Position numbers and translations under genes: made by a program. From a virus (lineage: Duplodnaviria > Heunggongvirae > Uroviricota > Caudoviricetes), in the IMG/VR virus record IMGVR_UViG_2529293040_000020: a DNA stretch of 34,620 nt; one strand, given 5' to 3'. Positions 17,415 through 27,444 of the stretch are shown here, one piece after another. The notes beneath the pieces are model-generated. The model was not told the DNA's origin and ran no database searches. It saw only the letters and a program-made list of their open reading frames with translations. Within the stretch, counting starts at the first letter, position 1, and the number at the start of each line of letters is the position of its first letter.

Positions 17415-18401
17415 ATGCAAGTATTTCATAACCCTCGAGTGCTGGTGGAGCCTGAACCGAAAAGCATGCGCGGTCTGCCGTCCGGAGTCGTCCCTGCCGT
17501 TCGCCAGCCGCTGGCGGAGGATAAATCATTACTGCCATTTTTCAGCGATGAGCGGGTGATTCGTGCTGCTGGCGGCGCTGGGGCACTGTCTGACTGGCTG
17601 TTGCGTCATGTCAAATCCTGCCAGTGGCCTCATGGTGACTATCATCACAGTGAAATCGTCATACATCGTTACGGTACCGGCGCGATGGTGTTGTGCTGGC
17701 ACTGCGACAACCAGTTGCGTGACCAGACATCCGAATCACTCGGGCAACTTGCTCATCAAAACCTGTCAGCATGGATGATTGACGTCATACGCCATGCAGT
17801 GAATGGCACGCAGGAGCGGGAATTATCGCTGGCTGAATTGTGCTGCTGGGCTTCTGTAAATGATGTAGTGGATGCCATGACCGAAAATATGGCGCGTCGA
17901 ATCCTGAAGCTTCCGGGTGAAAAAATCCGCTCAGTATACCGCGAGAGCGACATCGTACCGGGAGAGCAGACCGCCATCAGCATACTGAAGCAGCGCACAA
18001 AAAATATTGCGCCGTTGCCTCACGCCCACCAGCAACAGAATCCACCACAGGAAAAGACGGTGGTCAGCATTGCCGTTGATCCGGAGTCACCGGCTCAGTA
18101 TCTCCAGCGCCAGAAACCACAACGGGAAGAGATGCCTGTATACACGCGCTGGGTAAAAACGCAGAAATGCATGACGTGTGGCAATCAGGCAGATGATCCG
18201 CATCACATCATTGGTCATGGACTGGGAGGGATGGGAACAAAGGCTGATGATTTGTTTGTTATTCCGCTGTGCCGTAAATGCCATAGCGAACTACACGCCG
18301 GGGTAAAAGATTTTGAAGAAAAACACGGCAGCCAGCTGTTGTTGCTGATTCGTTTTTTAATGCACGCGAGAAATTCGGGTGTCCTGAAGTGGAAAGCATG
18401 A
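17415..18401 (+). CDS. DUF968-type nin-region protein (YdfU-like); start could instead be 17271
   Basis: Cys/His-rich C-terminus (CMTCGNQADDPHHIIGHGLGGMG...CRKCHSELHAG); position directly upstream of rusA as in the Qin prophage. Confidence 0.5.
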   Translation: MQVFHNPRVLVEPEPKSMRGLPSGVVPAVRQPLAEDKSLLPFFSDERVIRAAGGAGALSDWLLRHVKSCQWPHGDYHHSEIVIHRYGTGAMVLCWHCDNQLRDQTSESLGQLAHQNLSAWMIDVIRHAVNGTQERELSLAELCCWASVNDVVDAMTENMARRILKLPGEKIRSVYRESDIVPGEQTAISILKQRTKNIAPLPHAHQQQNPPQEKTVVSIAVDPESPAQYLQRQKPQREEMPVYTRWVKTQKCMTCGNQADDPHHIIGHGLGGMGTKADDLFVIPLCRKCHSELHAGVKDFEEKHGSQLLLLIRFLMHARNSGVLKWKA

Positions 18402-18767
18402 ATGACTGAACGCATAGAATTTGTTTTGCCTTACCCGCCAACGGTGAACACTTACTGGCGACGTCGTGGCAGCACATATTTTGTATCAAAAGCCGGTGAG
18501 CGTTATCGCCGTGATGTGGCGCTTATTGTTCGCCAGCAGCGGCTGAAATTAAACCTGTCCGGAAGGCTGGCGATAAAGATTATTGCAGAGCCACCGGATA
18601 AACGTCGTCGTGACCTGGACAATATCCTGAAAGCACCACTGGATGCGCTGACGCATGCCGGACTTCTCATAGACGACGAGCAGTTTGATGAAATCAATAT
18701 TGTGCGCGGTCAGCGCGTTCCTGGGGGGCGGCTGGGCGTGAAGATTTACAAAATTGAGAGTGAGTGA
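18402..18767 (+). CDS. rusA: Holliday junction resolvase RusA
   Basis: VLPYPPTVNTYWRRRG...PDKRRRDLDNILKAPLDALTHAGLLIDDEQ resembles RusA (PWPPSNNRYY...PDRRRRDLDNL.KA..DALT.AG...DD.Q). Confidence 0.8.
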   Translation: MTERIEFVLPYPPTVNTYWRRRGSTYFVSKAGERYRRDVALIVRQQRLKLNLSGRLAIKIIAEPPDKRRRDLDNILKAPLDALTHAGLLIDDEQFDEINIVRGQRVPGGRLGVKIYKIESE

Positions 18768-19264
18768 TCGTAAATATGATATATCCGGAAATTACAGGCA
18801 AAAGCGGCGAGCATTTACGTCTAAAAACGCTGGAAGCCGTCTGGATCCAGGGGAAATTACGGATGTGGGGGCGTTGGTCGTATATAGGTGGTGGCAAACC
18901 AGGAAATATGTTCAATCAGTTGCTGGCATCCAAAAAACTGACAAAAACCGCGGTCAATGAAGCCCTGCGTAGAATCAGGGAGTCAGGGATTGATAAACCA
19001 GAGCTGGAAGCATTCTTGCGAGAGATGATCGCTGGCAGACAGAAGAGCTGGTTGTCTCACTGTACTGATGCAGAGGCGTTACGCATTGATGGGGTGATAA
19101 GTAAAGCGCTTGCACGTTATCCTGGATTGATTGATATCCTGCGGCAAAGGTACGAAGGGCGGGGGATGAGTAAACGCAAAATGGCTGAATTGTTGAATGA
19201 GGTTCACCCTGAGTGGTGCTATGCAATGCCGCAATCGTATAGATATGTGGCTGAGAATAGCTGA
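18764..19264 (+). CDS. Late-gene antiterminator, Q-like (assigned mainly by position)
   Basis: 166-aa ORF between rusA and the terminator/late region; start overlaps rusA stop. Confidence 0.45.
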   Translation: MIVNMIYPEITGKSGEHLRLKTLEAVWIQGKLRMWGRWSYIGGGKPGNMFNQLLASKKLTKTAVNEALRRIRESGIDKPELEAFLREMIAGRQKSWLSHCTDAEALRIDGVISKALARYPGLIDILRQRYEGRGMSKRKMAELLNEVHPEWCYAMPQSYRYVAENS

Positions 19265-19482
19265 GTTTATTCTGTATCCACTGATGCGAGATGCATTTTC
19301 TTTTACTGACGCTTAGAATCTGGAGGGCGTTTGTTGTTGCACGAAGAGGATTTTTGGCTGGTAGTAAGGTTTGTGCAGTTTTAGAAAAAAGCTTGTATTT
19401 TTAGCCATAAACTGTTTCAATCCAGCTACGCTTCGCAAAGCTGTACCGCGAGGCGAATAGCAGACATGGACACCTGAAAGAA

Positions 19483-19504
19483 CCCGCTTTATGCGGGTTT
19501 TTTT
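19483..19504 (+). terminator. Rho-independent terminator downstream of the Q-like gene (tR'-like position)
   Basis: cccgc-tttat-gcggg followed by T7. Confidence 0.5.
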
Positions 19505-19627
19505 ATGCCTGAAAAACGGCACAGAACATTAAACGCGCTGGTAGTTGTGAATACTGGTCTTTCAGCTTGCTGGCTTTTTCGACAAGAGGTATTGGTATGT
19601 CACGTTAACCGGAAAAGGGAAAAAAGC

Positions 19628-19825
19628 ATGCTAAAACAGCAGGATATGACCGAAACCGCCAGAGTGGTGTTTAATGAATTAAGCGTCACCGAACCGGCGA
19701 CCGTCGGGGAAATTGCGCAGAATACTTACCTTTCACGCGAACGCTGCCAGTTAATACTGACTCAGCTTGTTATGGCGGGTCTGGCAGATTATCAGTTCGG
19801 TTGTTACAGACGCCTTCCGCAGTGA
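19628..19825 (+). CDS. Small hypothetical protein (65 aa)
   Basis: ORF MLKQQDMTETARVVFNELSVTEPATVGEIAQNTYLSRERCQLILTQLVMAGLADYQ (helix-turn-helix-like); G/A-rich RBS before the ATG. Confidence 0.35.
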   Translation: MLKQQDMTETARVVFNELSVTEPATVGEIAQNTYLSRERCQLILTQLVMAGLADYQFGCYRRLPQ

Positions 19826-19975
19826 AGGCTTTTTAATTTGTGGTAATGGGCGGCTGGTGGGTGTTAGCGGCACCTGCCAGCCATCTGCTCATGCGTTGGG
19901 GTCACAAGCAAACCTCAGGCCCATCTGCTTTGCGCAAAAGCGGTATGAGCCTATCAGAGAAGTGCTTATTGATCT

Positions 19976-21025
19976 ATGATTAATACTGTAAAAATATCCA
20001 GTTGTGAGTTAATCAACGCTGATTGCCTGGAATTTATCCAGACCTTACCGGAAAACTCTGTCGATCTGATAGTCACAGACCCGCCATACTTTAAAGTGAA
20101 GCCCGAGGGCTGGGATAACCAGTGGGAGGGCGACGATGATTACCTGAAATGGCTGGACCAGTGTCTGGCGCAGTTCTGGCGGGTACTGAAGCCTGCCGGA
20201 AGTCTTTACCTGTTCTGTGGTCATCGCCTGGCATCTGACACCGAAATCATGATGCGTGAGCGCTTTAATGTGCTGAACCACATTATCTGGGCGAAGCCGT
20301 CCGGACGCTGGAACGGGTGCAATAAGGAAAGTCTGCGGGCGTATTTTCCGGCAACAGAGCGCATTCTGTTTGCAGAACATTATCAGGGACCGTATCGCCC
20401 GAAAGATGATGGCTATGTGGCACAGGGGCGCGAGCTAAAACAGCACGTCATGGCCCCGCTGATTTCTTACTTTCGTGATGCGCGTAAATCACTGGGAATA
20501 ACGTCAAAACAGATAGCGGAAGCCACCGGAAAGAAAAACATGGCTTCGCACTGGTTTGGTACCAGTCAGTGGCAGTTACCGAACGAGGGTAATTACAACA
20601 AATTGCAGGCGTTGTTTGCGCGTGTTGCGGCAGAAAAACATCAGCGCGGGGAACTGGAAAAGCCACACCACCAGCTGGTCAGCACATACAGTGAGCTGAA
20701 CCGGCAGTATACGGAACTGCTGAGTGAATATAAAAATTTGCGGCGGTATTTCGGTGTGACGGCGCAGGTTCCGTACACCGATGTCTGGACGCATAAACCG
20801 GTGCAGTACTATCCAGGGAAACATCCGTGCGAAAAACCGGCAGAAATGCTGCAGCAGATAATCAACGCGAGCAGTCGTCCGGGAGACCTGGTTGCAGATT
20901 TTTTTATGGGTTCAGGTTCAACGGTAAAAGCGGCGATGGCACTGGGGCGTTGTGCGATTGGTGTTGAGCTGGAGACAGGACGTTTTGAACAGACAGTCAG
21001 GGAAGTTCAGGATTTAATCGTTTGA
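19976..21025 (+). CDS. Phage DNA methyltransferase (N6-adenine/N4-cytosine type)
   Basis: DPPY motif (LIVTDPPYFKV) and C-terminal AdoMet-binding motif (ADFFMGSGST); sits between Q and the tRNA cluster. Confidence 0.75.
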   Translation: MINTVKISSCELINADCLEFIQTLPENSVDLIVTDPPYFKVKPEGWDNQWEGDDDYLKWLDQCLAQFWRVLKPAGSLYLFCGHRLASDTEIMMRERFNVLNHIIWAKPSGRWNGCNKESLRAYFPATERILFAEHYQGPYRPKDDGYVAQGRELKQHVMAPLISYFRDARKSLGITSKQIAEATGKKNMASHWFGTSQWQLPNEGNYNKLQALFARVAAEKHQRGELEKPHHQLVSTYSELNRQYTELLSEYKNLRRYFGVTAQVPYTDVWTHKPVQYYPGKHPCEKPAEMLQQIINASSRPGDLVADFFMGSGSTVKAAMALGRCAIGVELETGRFEQTVREVQDLIV

Positions 21026-21074
21026 AACGGATGGGATTGCAGAATTAATTACGCACCATTATTATTCTGCTACC

Positions 21075-21150
21075 GGCCCTTTAGCTCAGTGGTGAGAGCG
21101 AGCGACTCATAATCGCCAGGTCGCTGGTTCAAATCCAGCAAGGGCCACCA
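21075..21150 (+). tRNA. ileZ: tRNA with CAU anticodon, Ile2 (lysidine) type, ileZ-like
   Basis: Cloverleaf by eye: acceptor ggccctt/aagggcc, D-arm gctc-agtggtga-gagc, anticodon loop ctCATaa, T-loop ttcaaat, 3' ACCA; close to E. coli ileX-type tRNA. Confidence 0.7.
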
Positions 21151-21159
21151 TCACATACC

Positions 21160-21229
21160 GCCATTAGCTCATCGGCAGAGAGCGTCAGCTTTCGAAACTG
21201 GCTGTGTGGGGCCCGGGTCCCCGATGGCA
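21160..21229 (+). tRNA. Degenerate tRNA-like element (possible anticodon UCG, non-canonical T-loop); may be a tRNA pseudogene
   Basis: Acceptor gccatta/cgatggc (one mismatch, one wobble), D-arm gctc-atcggcaga-gagc, loop tttcgaa; T-arm ggggcccgggtcccc lacks the TTCRA consensus. Confidence 0.3.
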
Positions 21230-21247
21230 ATCCATTATCTGCATTAT

Positions 21248-21324
21248 GCGTTGTTAGCTCAGCCGGACAGAGCAATTGCCTTCTAAGCAATCGGTCACTG
21301 GTTCGAATCCAGTACAACGCGCCA
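21248..21324 (+). tRNA. argO: tRNA-Arg (anticodon UCU)
   Basis: Acceptor gcgttgt/acaacgc, D-arm gctc-agccggaca-gagc, anticodon stem attgc/gcaat with loop ctTCTaa, T-loop ttcgaat, 3' GCCA. Confidence 0.75.
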
Positions 21325-21434
21325 TATTCATTCTTCCAGATTTCTTCCGGCAGAGCCTTATACTGGAATATACTTGGCTCAGGATATTGTTGAAAATATT
21401 ATATGTTTGTCAAAAATAAAAGTTCTGTTAAGTA

Positions 21435-21788
21435 TTGATTGAGTGTTTGTTATACGGTCTAATGGTTTTTTCAGTATTAAATATTTATCATTCATATGGT
21501 GTGGGTAGAGTGAATATTGATGAGGCGTCGGGGTGTTTCATCCTTAGGCAGCGTATTGATATAGTCAATGCAGCACGAGCAAAGGCCTTCAGCCGTTTGA
21601 CAGTTTTGTTCTGTACTCCTGATCGTCTTTCGGGAAGAGACGTTATTCTTCTGAATAGTGATGCTATACAGAGGGTTTGCGATGAGTTCATGGTTGCTAA
21701 TTCAGAATTATTTGCTCTTGTTCAGGAGTACAACAGAATAGCCAGGACCTGTGGTATGGATGAACTTCGGATTACTCATCTGGGGTAG
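21435..21788 (+). CDS. Hypothetical protein at the position stx occupies in Stx phages
   Basis: 117-aa ORF; no similarity to Stx A or B subunits by eye; start codon uncertain. Confidence 0.3.
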   Translation: MIECLLYGLMVFSVLNIYHSYGVGRVNIDEASGCFILRQRIDIVNAARAKAFSRLTVLFCTPDRLSGRDVILLNSDAIQRVCDEFMVANSELFALVQEYNRIARTCGMDELRITHLG

Positions 21789-22220
21789 ATACATATCTGG
21801 ATTATCACCTGTTACGGTAAAAAGTGATTGCTTACTGTTTTTGTGAATGGCATTGCAGCAGCCGGATAATGTCAGTGCTGGCTGACTGTGTACTGGTGGC
21901 GGGTGTGGTGGTTGTTGCTTTCCCGTTGCTGAAAAAGAAAACGCCAGACTGTTAGTCGGAGAAATTTTTAAATACTTCACAATTCAGGCGGTTGACTGTT
22001 GTCTGGTTTGCGGGGAGTTTGTTAAAAGAAACTGGCATGGTGAATCCACCTGTGCGGAGGGGCAATCAGCGAGTAGGTATATGGGATAATCGCGGATTCA
22101 GGTGCTGGTACTGAATTCACCGGGAGGCACCCGGCACCATGCAATGGCACATAGCGCCACTCTCCAGCCCCTCTCCGGAGGGGCTGTTTATATTGATTTT
22201 GTCAGATGTGAGTAAACTCC

Positions 22221-22556
22221 TTATGGACTTTGTTGTTTTAGTCCATAAGGACATATTTGCAGAGTGCAACGGTTATTAAAGCATTCATTCAATACGTTAT
22301 CTGTATTTGTAGGGCATTCCTGGCTGTTTTTGATTAAATTCCAGAATGTTTTATTGAATGGTACTACGTTGTAAATGGTTACAGGTAGCACTTTGTTATT
22401 GAGCATGATACCTGTGTGAGTCAGTGTAAATATACTTTCAGGAGGTAAGAAAGCATCCGATTGATACCAGATTATTAATTTTATTTTACTCCATATGACT
22501 GAAAAAGATATTCCGCATGATGGCTGGATAACTGTATCAATCACAATCCACTTCAT
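22221..22556 (-). CDS. Hypothetical AT-rich ORF (111 aa)
   Basis: ORF only; perfect 12-bp inverted repeat ccttatggact...agtccataagg at 22220-22252 at its 3' end. Confidence 0.25.
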   Translation of the reverse strand: MKWIVIDTVIQPSCGISFSVIWSKIKLIIWYQSDAFLPPESIFTLTHTGIMLNNKVLPVTIYNVVPFNKTFWNLIKNSQECPTNTDNVLNECFNNRCTLQICPYGLKQQSP

Positions 22557-22816
22557 TTAGTTTCCTTGTTTATGCCTTGCTGGTGATGTTCTGAAAAGTA
22601 TAAATGATATTTTTGATTGTAAACCATAGAGCAGAATTATTTTTCTGATGTTGTTTATTGTTTATTTAAATGCAGGGTGGTTTATATCTCGTCTTGTAGT
22701 TTATCCATGCATATCTGCTTGATGATGAGGTTTTTATTTAAGGTATGGTTTTGTGTTTTTTCTGTATTACATGTCAGGTATTTTAAAGAATTATTCTTCA
22801 GATGGTGGAAAGAACC

Positions 22817-24667
22817 ATGGCATTTAAACACTATGATGTTGTCAGGGCGGCGTCGCCGTCAGATCTTGCGGAAAAGCTGACACATAAACTGAAAGAGGGC
22901 TGGCAGCCGTTTGGTAGTCCGGTGGCCATAACCCCTTATACCCTGATGCAGGCGATTGCAGCAGAAGGTGATGTGGTCGTCAGTGGTGCAACTGAGCCAG
23001 AGTGGTACTACGTCATCGTACTGGCCGGGCAATCCAATGCCATGGCTTACGGTGAAGGGCTTCCGCTTCCGGATTCATACGATGCGCCCCATCCGCGCAT
23101 TAAGCAACTGGCCCGTCGTAACACAGTGACTCCCGGTGGTGAAGTATGCGTATTTAACGACATCATTCCTGCTGACCATTGTCTGCATGATGTTCAGGAT
23201 ATGAGTACGATTAACCATCCCCGGGCTGACCTGAGCAAAGGGCAGTACGGCTGTGTCGGACAGGGCTTACATATTGCCAAAAAACTGCTTCCGTATATCC
23301 CTAATAATGCGGGGATCCTGCTGGTACCATGCTGTCGTGGTGGTTCGGCATTCACCCAGGGCACGGAGGGGACATTCAGCGAGTCCACGGGGGCCAGTCA
23401 GGATTCGGCTCGCTGGGGAGTGGGTAAGCCGTTATATCAGGATCTGCTTTTCCGCACGAAGGCAGCATTGCAGAAAAACCCGAAAAACGTTTTGCTGGCG
23501 ATATGCTGGATGCAGGGGGAATTCGATATGACGAATGCCAGTTACGCCCAGCAGCCAGCAGCATTTCTTGCAATGGTACAGCAGTTCCGTGCTGACTTTG
23601 CCGGGCTGGCGGCGCAGTGTCACGGTGGAAGTCCGGCATCAGTCCCCTGGATTTGTGGCGACACGACATACGCGTGGAAACAAGAACACGGTACGCAATA
23701 TGAAGTGGTATATGGTGCATATAAAGGTAAAGAATCCCAGCAGATTTATTTTGTTCCCTTTATGACCGATGGTAGCGGAGTTAATACACCGACAAACAAC
23801 CCGTCAGAAGATCCTGATATTGCCGGGTCTGGTTATTACGGTTCGGCATCCCGAACGAACAAAAACTGGGTATCATCAAATCGCCCGACGCATTTCAGCT
23901 CATGGGCGCGTCGTGGCATTATTCCCGATCGTATGGCAACTGCTATTCTGAACGTAGCCGGTCGCACCTTAGCCTTCATTAGTGGTAAGGCACCGGAAAT
24001 CAAACCCTCGCCCGGCGGCGACACGCCATCGGGGCCGTCTGAAGATGCATCCGTACGCACAATCTCCCTGTTGCCGACAGCCGGAGATGCTGCTGCGCAG
24101 GGCTGGAGCATTAAGAATGGCGGAATTCAGTTGTCAGATGGTGTATTTAAGATCACCAAGCAGAGCAATAAAACCTGGTCCCTGATGCATCCGGTGGATG
24201 ACGCAATTACCCTGCTGACACAGGGCGGCAGACTGACCTGTAAGTTCCGCCTCTCAGGCGCACTGACCAACAATCAGTTCGGGCTGGGGATTTATCTGTA
24301 TACGGACGCTCCCGTTCCTGATGATGTGGCGATGACGGGTACTGGTAATCCGTTCCTGATGTCTTACTTCACTCAGACCACTGACGGCAGAGTGAATCTG
24401 ATGCATCACAGGAAAGCCGGAAACACGAAGCTGGGGGAGTTCGGCGATTACGGTAACGACTGGCAGACGCTGGAGCTGGTGTTCACCGCCGGCAGTGCCA
24501 CGGTTACTCCGAAACTGAATGGAGTGGCTGGCCCGGCATTCCAGGTTATAAAAGACAGTCTGACACTGGGACTGAATGCGCTGACGCTGACGGATGTTAC
24601 AAAAAATGCAGCGTATGGCGTTGAGATAGAAAGTCTGGTGCTGGAGATAAATGCACCGGCAGCATAA
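22817..24667 (+). CDS. nanS-p: Phage sialate O-acetylesterase NanS-p (DUF1737 + SGNH esterase + C-terminal domain)
   Basis: N-terminal MAFKHYDVVRAASPSDLAEKL (DUF1737-like); GQSNAMAYGEG esterase motif; position between the stx-equivalent locus and the lysis genes. Confidence 0.75.
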   Translation: MAFKHYDVVRAASPSDLAEKLTHKLKEGWQPFGSPVAITPYTLMQAIAAEGDVVVSGATEPEWYYVIVLAGQSNAMAYGEGLPLPDSYDAPHPRIKQLARRNTVTPGGEVCVFNDIIPADHCLHDVQDMSTINHPRADLSKGQYGCVGQGLHIAKKLLPYIPNNAGILLVPCCRGGSAFTQGTEGTFSESTGASQDSARWGVGKPLYQDLLFRTKAALQKNPKNVLLAICWMQGEFDMTNASYAQQPAAFLAMVQQFRADFAGLAAQCHGGSPASVPWICGDTTYAWKQEHGTQYEVVYGAYKGKESQQIYFVPFMTDGSGVNTPTNNPSEDPDIAGSGYYGSASRTNKNWVSSNRPTHFSSWARRGIIPDRMATAILNVAGRTLAFISGKAPEIKPSPGGDTPSGPSEDASVRTISLLPTAGDAAAQGWSIKNGGIQLSDGVFKITKQSNKTWSLMHPVDDAITLLTQGGRLTCKFRLSGALTNNQFGLGIYLYTDAPVPDDVAMTGTGNPFLMSYFTQTTDGRVNLMHHRKAGNTKLGEFGDYGNDWQTLELVFTAGSATVTPKLNGVAGPAFQVIKDSLTLGLNALTLTDVTKNAAYGVEIESLVLEINAPAA

Positions 24668-24703
24668 TAAAAAAAGCCAGCGCCCACTCTGAAGGACGCT
24701 GGC
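24667..24703 (-). terminator. Hairpin with adjacent A9/T9 tract after nanS-p; oriented as a minus-strand intrinsic terminator, possibly bidirectional
   Basis: aaaaaaaaa-gccagcg-cccactctgaagga-cgctggc. Confidence 0.35.
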
Positions 24704-24957
24704 TAAAACGGGTAGATGTACTTCACATGATACTTATACTTGGCAGTACATTTTCTGACAGACAGTGACGGATGTTGTCAAGATATTGTGTCATTTATAA
24801 CCTGAATCAGGGGTTGGCCGGAATGTTATCTGGCATTTTTAGCAGAGCCTGAATGCCATAATCACGGCTCCCGGCGTTGGCCGTCAGTGGGTGACACTGG
24901 CGGCTTTTTGTTTTCTTACTTTCATTTTCTGTCGGCGGTGACGGAGACATACATCAG

Positions 24958-25164
24958 ATGGAAAAAATCACAACAGGTGTGTCATACACCACGTCAGCGG
25001 TGGGGACGGGATACTGGTTACTGCAGCTGCTGGACAAAGTCTCTCCGTCCCAGTGGGTGGCAATAGGTGTGCTGGGGAGTCTGCTGTTTGGCCTGCTGAC
25101 GTATCTGACAAACCTTTATTTCAAGATTAAAGAAGATAAGCGCAAGGCTGCGAGAGGTGAATAA
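24958..25164 (+). CDS. S: Class II holin (phage 21 S / pinholin type)
   Basis: [68 protein letters not shown] resembles S21. Confidence 0.8.
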   Translation: MEKITTGVSYTTSAVGTGYWLLQLLDKVSPSQWVAIGVLGSLLFGLLTYLTNLYFKIKEDKRKAARGE

Positions 25165-25661
25165 TGCCTCCATCATTACGAAAAGCCGTTGCTGCTGCTA
25201 TTGGTGGTGGGGCTGTTGCCATAGCGTCTGTGCTCATCACTGGTCCGAGTGGTGACGATGGCCTGGAAGGTGTCAGCTACATACCATACGAAGATATCGT
25301 TGGCGTATGGACTGTATGTCACGGACACACCGGAAAAGACATCATGCCCGGTAAAACGTATACCGAAGCAGAATGCAAAGCCCTCCTGAATAAAGACCTT
25401 GCCACGGTCGCCAGACAAATAAACCCGTACATCAACGTCGATATACCGGAAACAACGCGCGGCGCTCTTTACTCGTTCGTTTACAACGTGGGCGCTGGCA
25501 ATTTCAGAACATCGACGCTTCTTCGCAAAATAAACCAGGGCGATATCAAAGGCGCATGTGATCAGCTACGGCGCTGGACATACGCTGGCGGTAAGCAATG
25601 GAAAGGGCTGATGACTCGCCGTGAGATTGAGCGTGAAGTCTGTTTGTGGGGGCAACAATGA
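25164..25661 (+). CDS. R: SAR endolysin (phage 21 R-type lysozyme)
   Basis: N-terminal signal-anchor-release segment [21 protein letters not shown] and lysozyme core; TAATG overlap with holin stop. Confidence 0.8.
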   Translation: MPPSLRKAVAAAIGGGAVAIASVLITGPSGDDGLEGVSYIPYEDIVGVWTVCHGHTGKDIMPGKTYTEAECKALLNKDLATVARQINPYINVDIPETTRGALYSFVYNVGAGNFRTSTLLRKINQGDIKGACDQLRRWTYAGGKQWKGLMTRREIEREVCLWGQQ

Positions 25662-26095
25662 GCAGAGTAACCGCGATTATCTACGTTCTGGTCATCTGCC
25701 TCATCGTCTGCCTTTCATGGGCTGTTAATCATTACCGTGATAACGCCATCGCCTACAAAGAGCAGCGCGATAAAGCCACATCCATCATCGCTGATATGCA
25801 GAAGCGGCAACGTGATGTAGCAGAACTTGACGCCAGATACACAAAGGAGCTTGCTGATGCTAATGCGACTATCGAAAGTCTCCGTGCTGATGTTTCTGCT
25901 GGGCGTAAGCGCCTGCAAGTCGCCGCCACCTGTGCAAAGTCAACGACCGGAGCCAGCGGCATGGGCAATGGAGAAACCCCAGGACTTACAGCAGATGCTG
26001 AACTCAATTATTACCGTCTCCGAAGTGGAATCGACAGGATAACCGCGCAGGTTAACTACTTGCAGGAGTACATTAGGACGCAATGCCTTCGATGA
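25658..26095 (+). CDS. Rz: i-spanin Rz
   Basis: [39 protein letters not shown]... closely matches lambda Rz. Confidence 0.8.
   Translation: MSRVTAIIYVLVICLIVCLSWAVNHYRDNAIAYKEQRDKATSIIADMQKRQRDVAELDARYTKELADANATIESLRADVSAGRKRLQVAATCAKSTTGASGMGNGETPGLTADAELNYYRLRSGIDRITAQVNYLQEYIRTQCLR
25857..26042 (+). CDS. Rz1: o-spanin Rz1 lipoprotein, embedded in the +1 frame of Rz
   Basis: Signal peptide with lipobox ([20 protein letters not shown]) followed by a proline-rich region (KSPPPV...PEPAAW). Confidence 0.65.
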   Translation: MLMRLSKVSVLMFLLGVSACKSPPPVQSQRPEPAAWAMEKPQDLQQMLNSIITVSEVESTG

Positions 26096-26211
26096 TAGCG
26101 ATAATTTTCCCATTATCTTTTATATGCGTGATTTTAGTTAGTTTTAGTCGCAACACGAATAAAACAGAGAACCACCCGCTATACGAGTGGTTCTGATTTA
26201 CACTTTTGAAA

Positions 26212-26442
26212 CTAAAAGCTAAATACTTGAGCAAGAACAGCTAACGCTGCGCAAAAAGCAGCCCGTTTATTCCATTTACTTTGTATTTCAATGGCTTTAA
26301 AACAACCCAGTGATGAGAAACTGCCTTGTTCCGTTTTTGGTGGGTGTTCTTTGGAAGATGCAAAACATGAAATAATCCAAAAAATGGCGGAAAAAATTCC
26401 AAAAATTATTGAAGGCAAATGATGCTCTTTCAAAAACTCCAT
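26212..26442 (-). CDS. Hypothetical small membrane protein
   Basis: 76-aa ORF with hydrophobic segments (IIFGIFSAIFWIISCF, FCAALAVLAQVF); AT-rich. Confidence 0.3.
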   Translation of the reverse strand: MEFLKEHHLPSIIFGIFSAIFWIISCFASSKEHPPKTEQGSFSSLGCFKAIEIQSKWNKRAAFCAALAVLAQVFSF

Positions 26443-27117
26443 GACTTAACTCTCTTAAAAGTTGCTAAACATCGCTCGCAAACAAGAAAGAAAAGTTCTG
26501 TTGCGAGCACTCCACAATTTAAACGCCACACAAGCAGCTATTAGGTGGACGGTTCCAAGATTGCTATCAACTGCCACCCGAATACCGTCAAAACTTGACG
26601 TCCAACCAAGAATTATTGAGTTGTAAACTCAACGCAATGATCTGGTTGGTATAAATGTGACATATGTCATGAATCGACTAGTTGAGATAGTCAAGATGGG
26701 CTTGCTTGACATCATCACCACAACCGGAGCCAACAATGGCAGATTGCGTTACCCAGATTTGATAAAGGCATTTTAGCCTGACATAACTATGCACTGTATC
26801 GTCGCCGTATTCCCGCATCAACAGAGACCACAGCCCGAGAGGGAGACTCCTCTGCGCGAGTGTGCGGGGATAATCAAAAACGATACACACCGGGGTTTAC
26901 CGTGTTAACGGAGCGCGGCGTTGTCCCCTCATGGTCGCTGGTCCGGTGCGATGGTGGAAGAAACCGGACGATGTGTTACCTCGCAAACTCTGTTATGTCA
27001 TGTGTCTGATTTGTGATTTAAGTCGGATAATTGTCATTGCCATTAAGCAGAGGATTGATGACCGACAGGGCTGCATTGTTAGAATAAGACTTATTCTTAT
27101 CTATGCCGGGAATAAAA

Positions 27118-27444
27118 ATGAAAAGAAATCTTCCGTTAATTATTTTGTTGTCTTCTTTGGTTATGGGCTGTACGCAACATAAAACAGATATGCCTCGACA
27201 GTTGGTTAAGGCATTACCACAATATCCGGCCTATGCCGCGGCAAATTATATAAAGGGACGGGTTGATGTGAAGTTTGATATTGGTGCTGATGGTACTGTC
27301 ACCCGAATTGAGTTTATCCGTTCAGAGCCGCACCATCTGTTTGATGAGCAGGTTGTAAAGGCGATGGCAAAATGGCGATTTGAGAAGGACAAGCCGCGTA
27401 AAGGCGTGAAGAAAACATTTATCTTTAGTCCTTCAGCACCCTGA
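27118..27444 (+). CDS. Lipoprotein with TonB C-terminal-like domain (moron between lysis genes and cos)
   Basis: Signal peptide plus lipobox MKRNLPLIILLSSLVMGC; PQYPAYAAANYIKGRVDVKFDIGADGTVTRIEFIRSEP...AMAKWRFE resembles the TonB C-terminal fold. Confidence 0.5.
   Translation: MKRNLPLIILLSSLVMGCTQHKTDMPRQLVKALPQYPAYAAANYIKGRVDVKFDIGADGTVTRIEFIRSEPHHLFDEQVVKAMAKWRFEKDKPRKGVKKTFIFSPSAP

Noticed and set aside
21435-22556. Shiga toxin genes (stxA/stxB) at the canonical position between the tRNA cluster and nanS-p
   Set aside because: Neither ORF in the interval resembles the Stx A or B subunit as recalled; sizes and sequences do not fit.
23194-24687. Off-frame ORFs inside nanS-p
   Set aside because: They overlap a gene with a clear esterase motif; likely spurious.
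26678-26890. Minus-strand 70-aa ORF between Rz and the lipoprotein gene
   Set aside because: No convincing RBS or recognisable features; kept out of the feature list.
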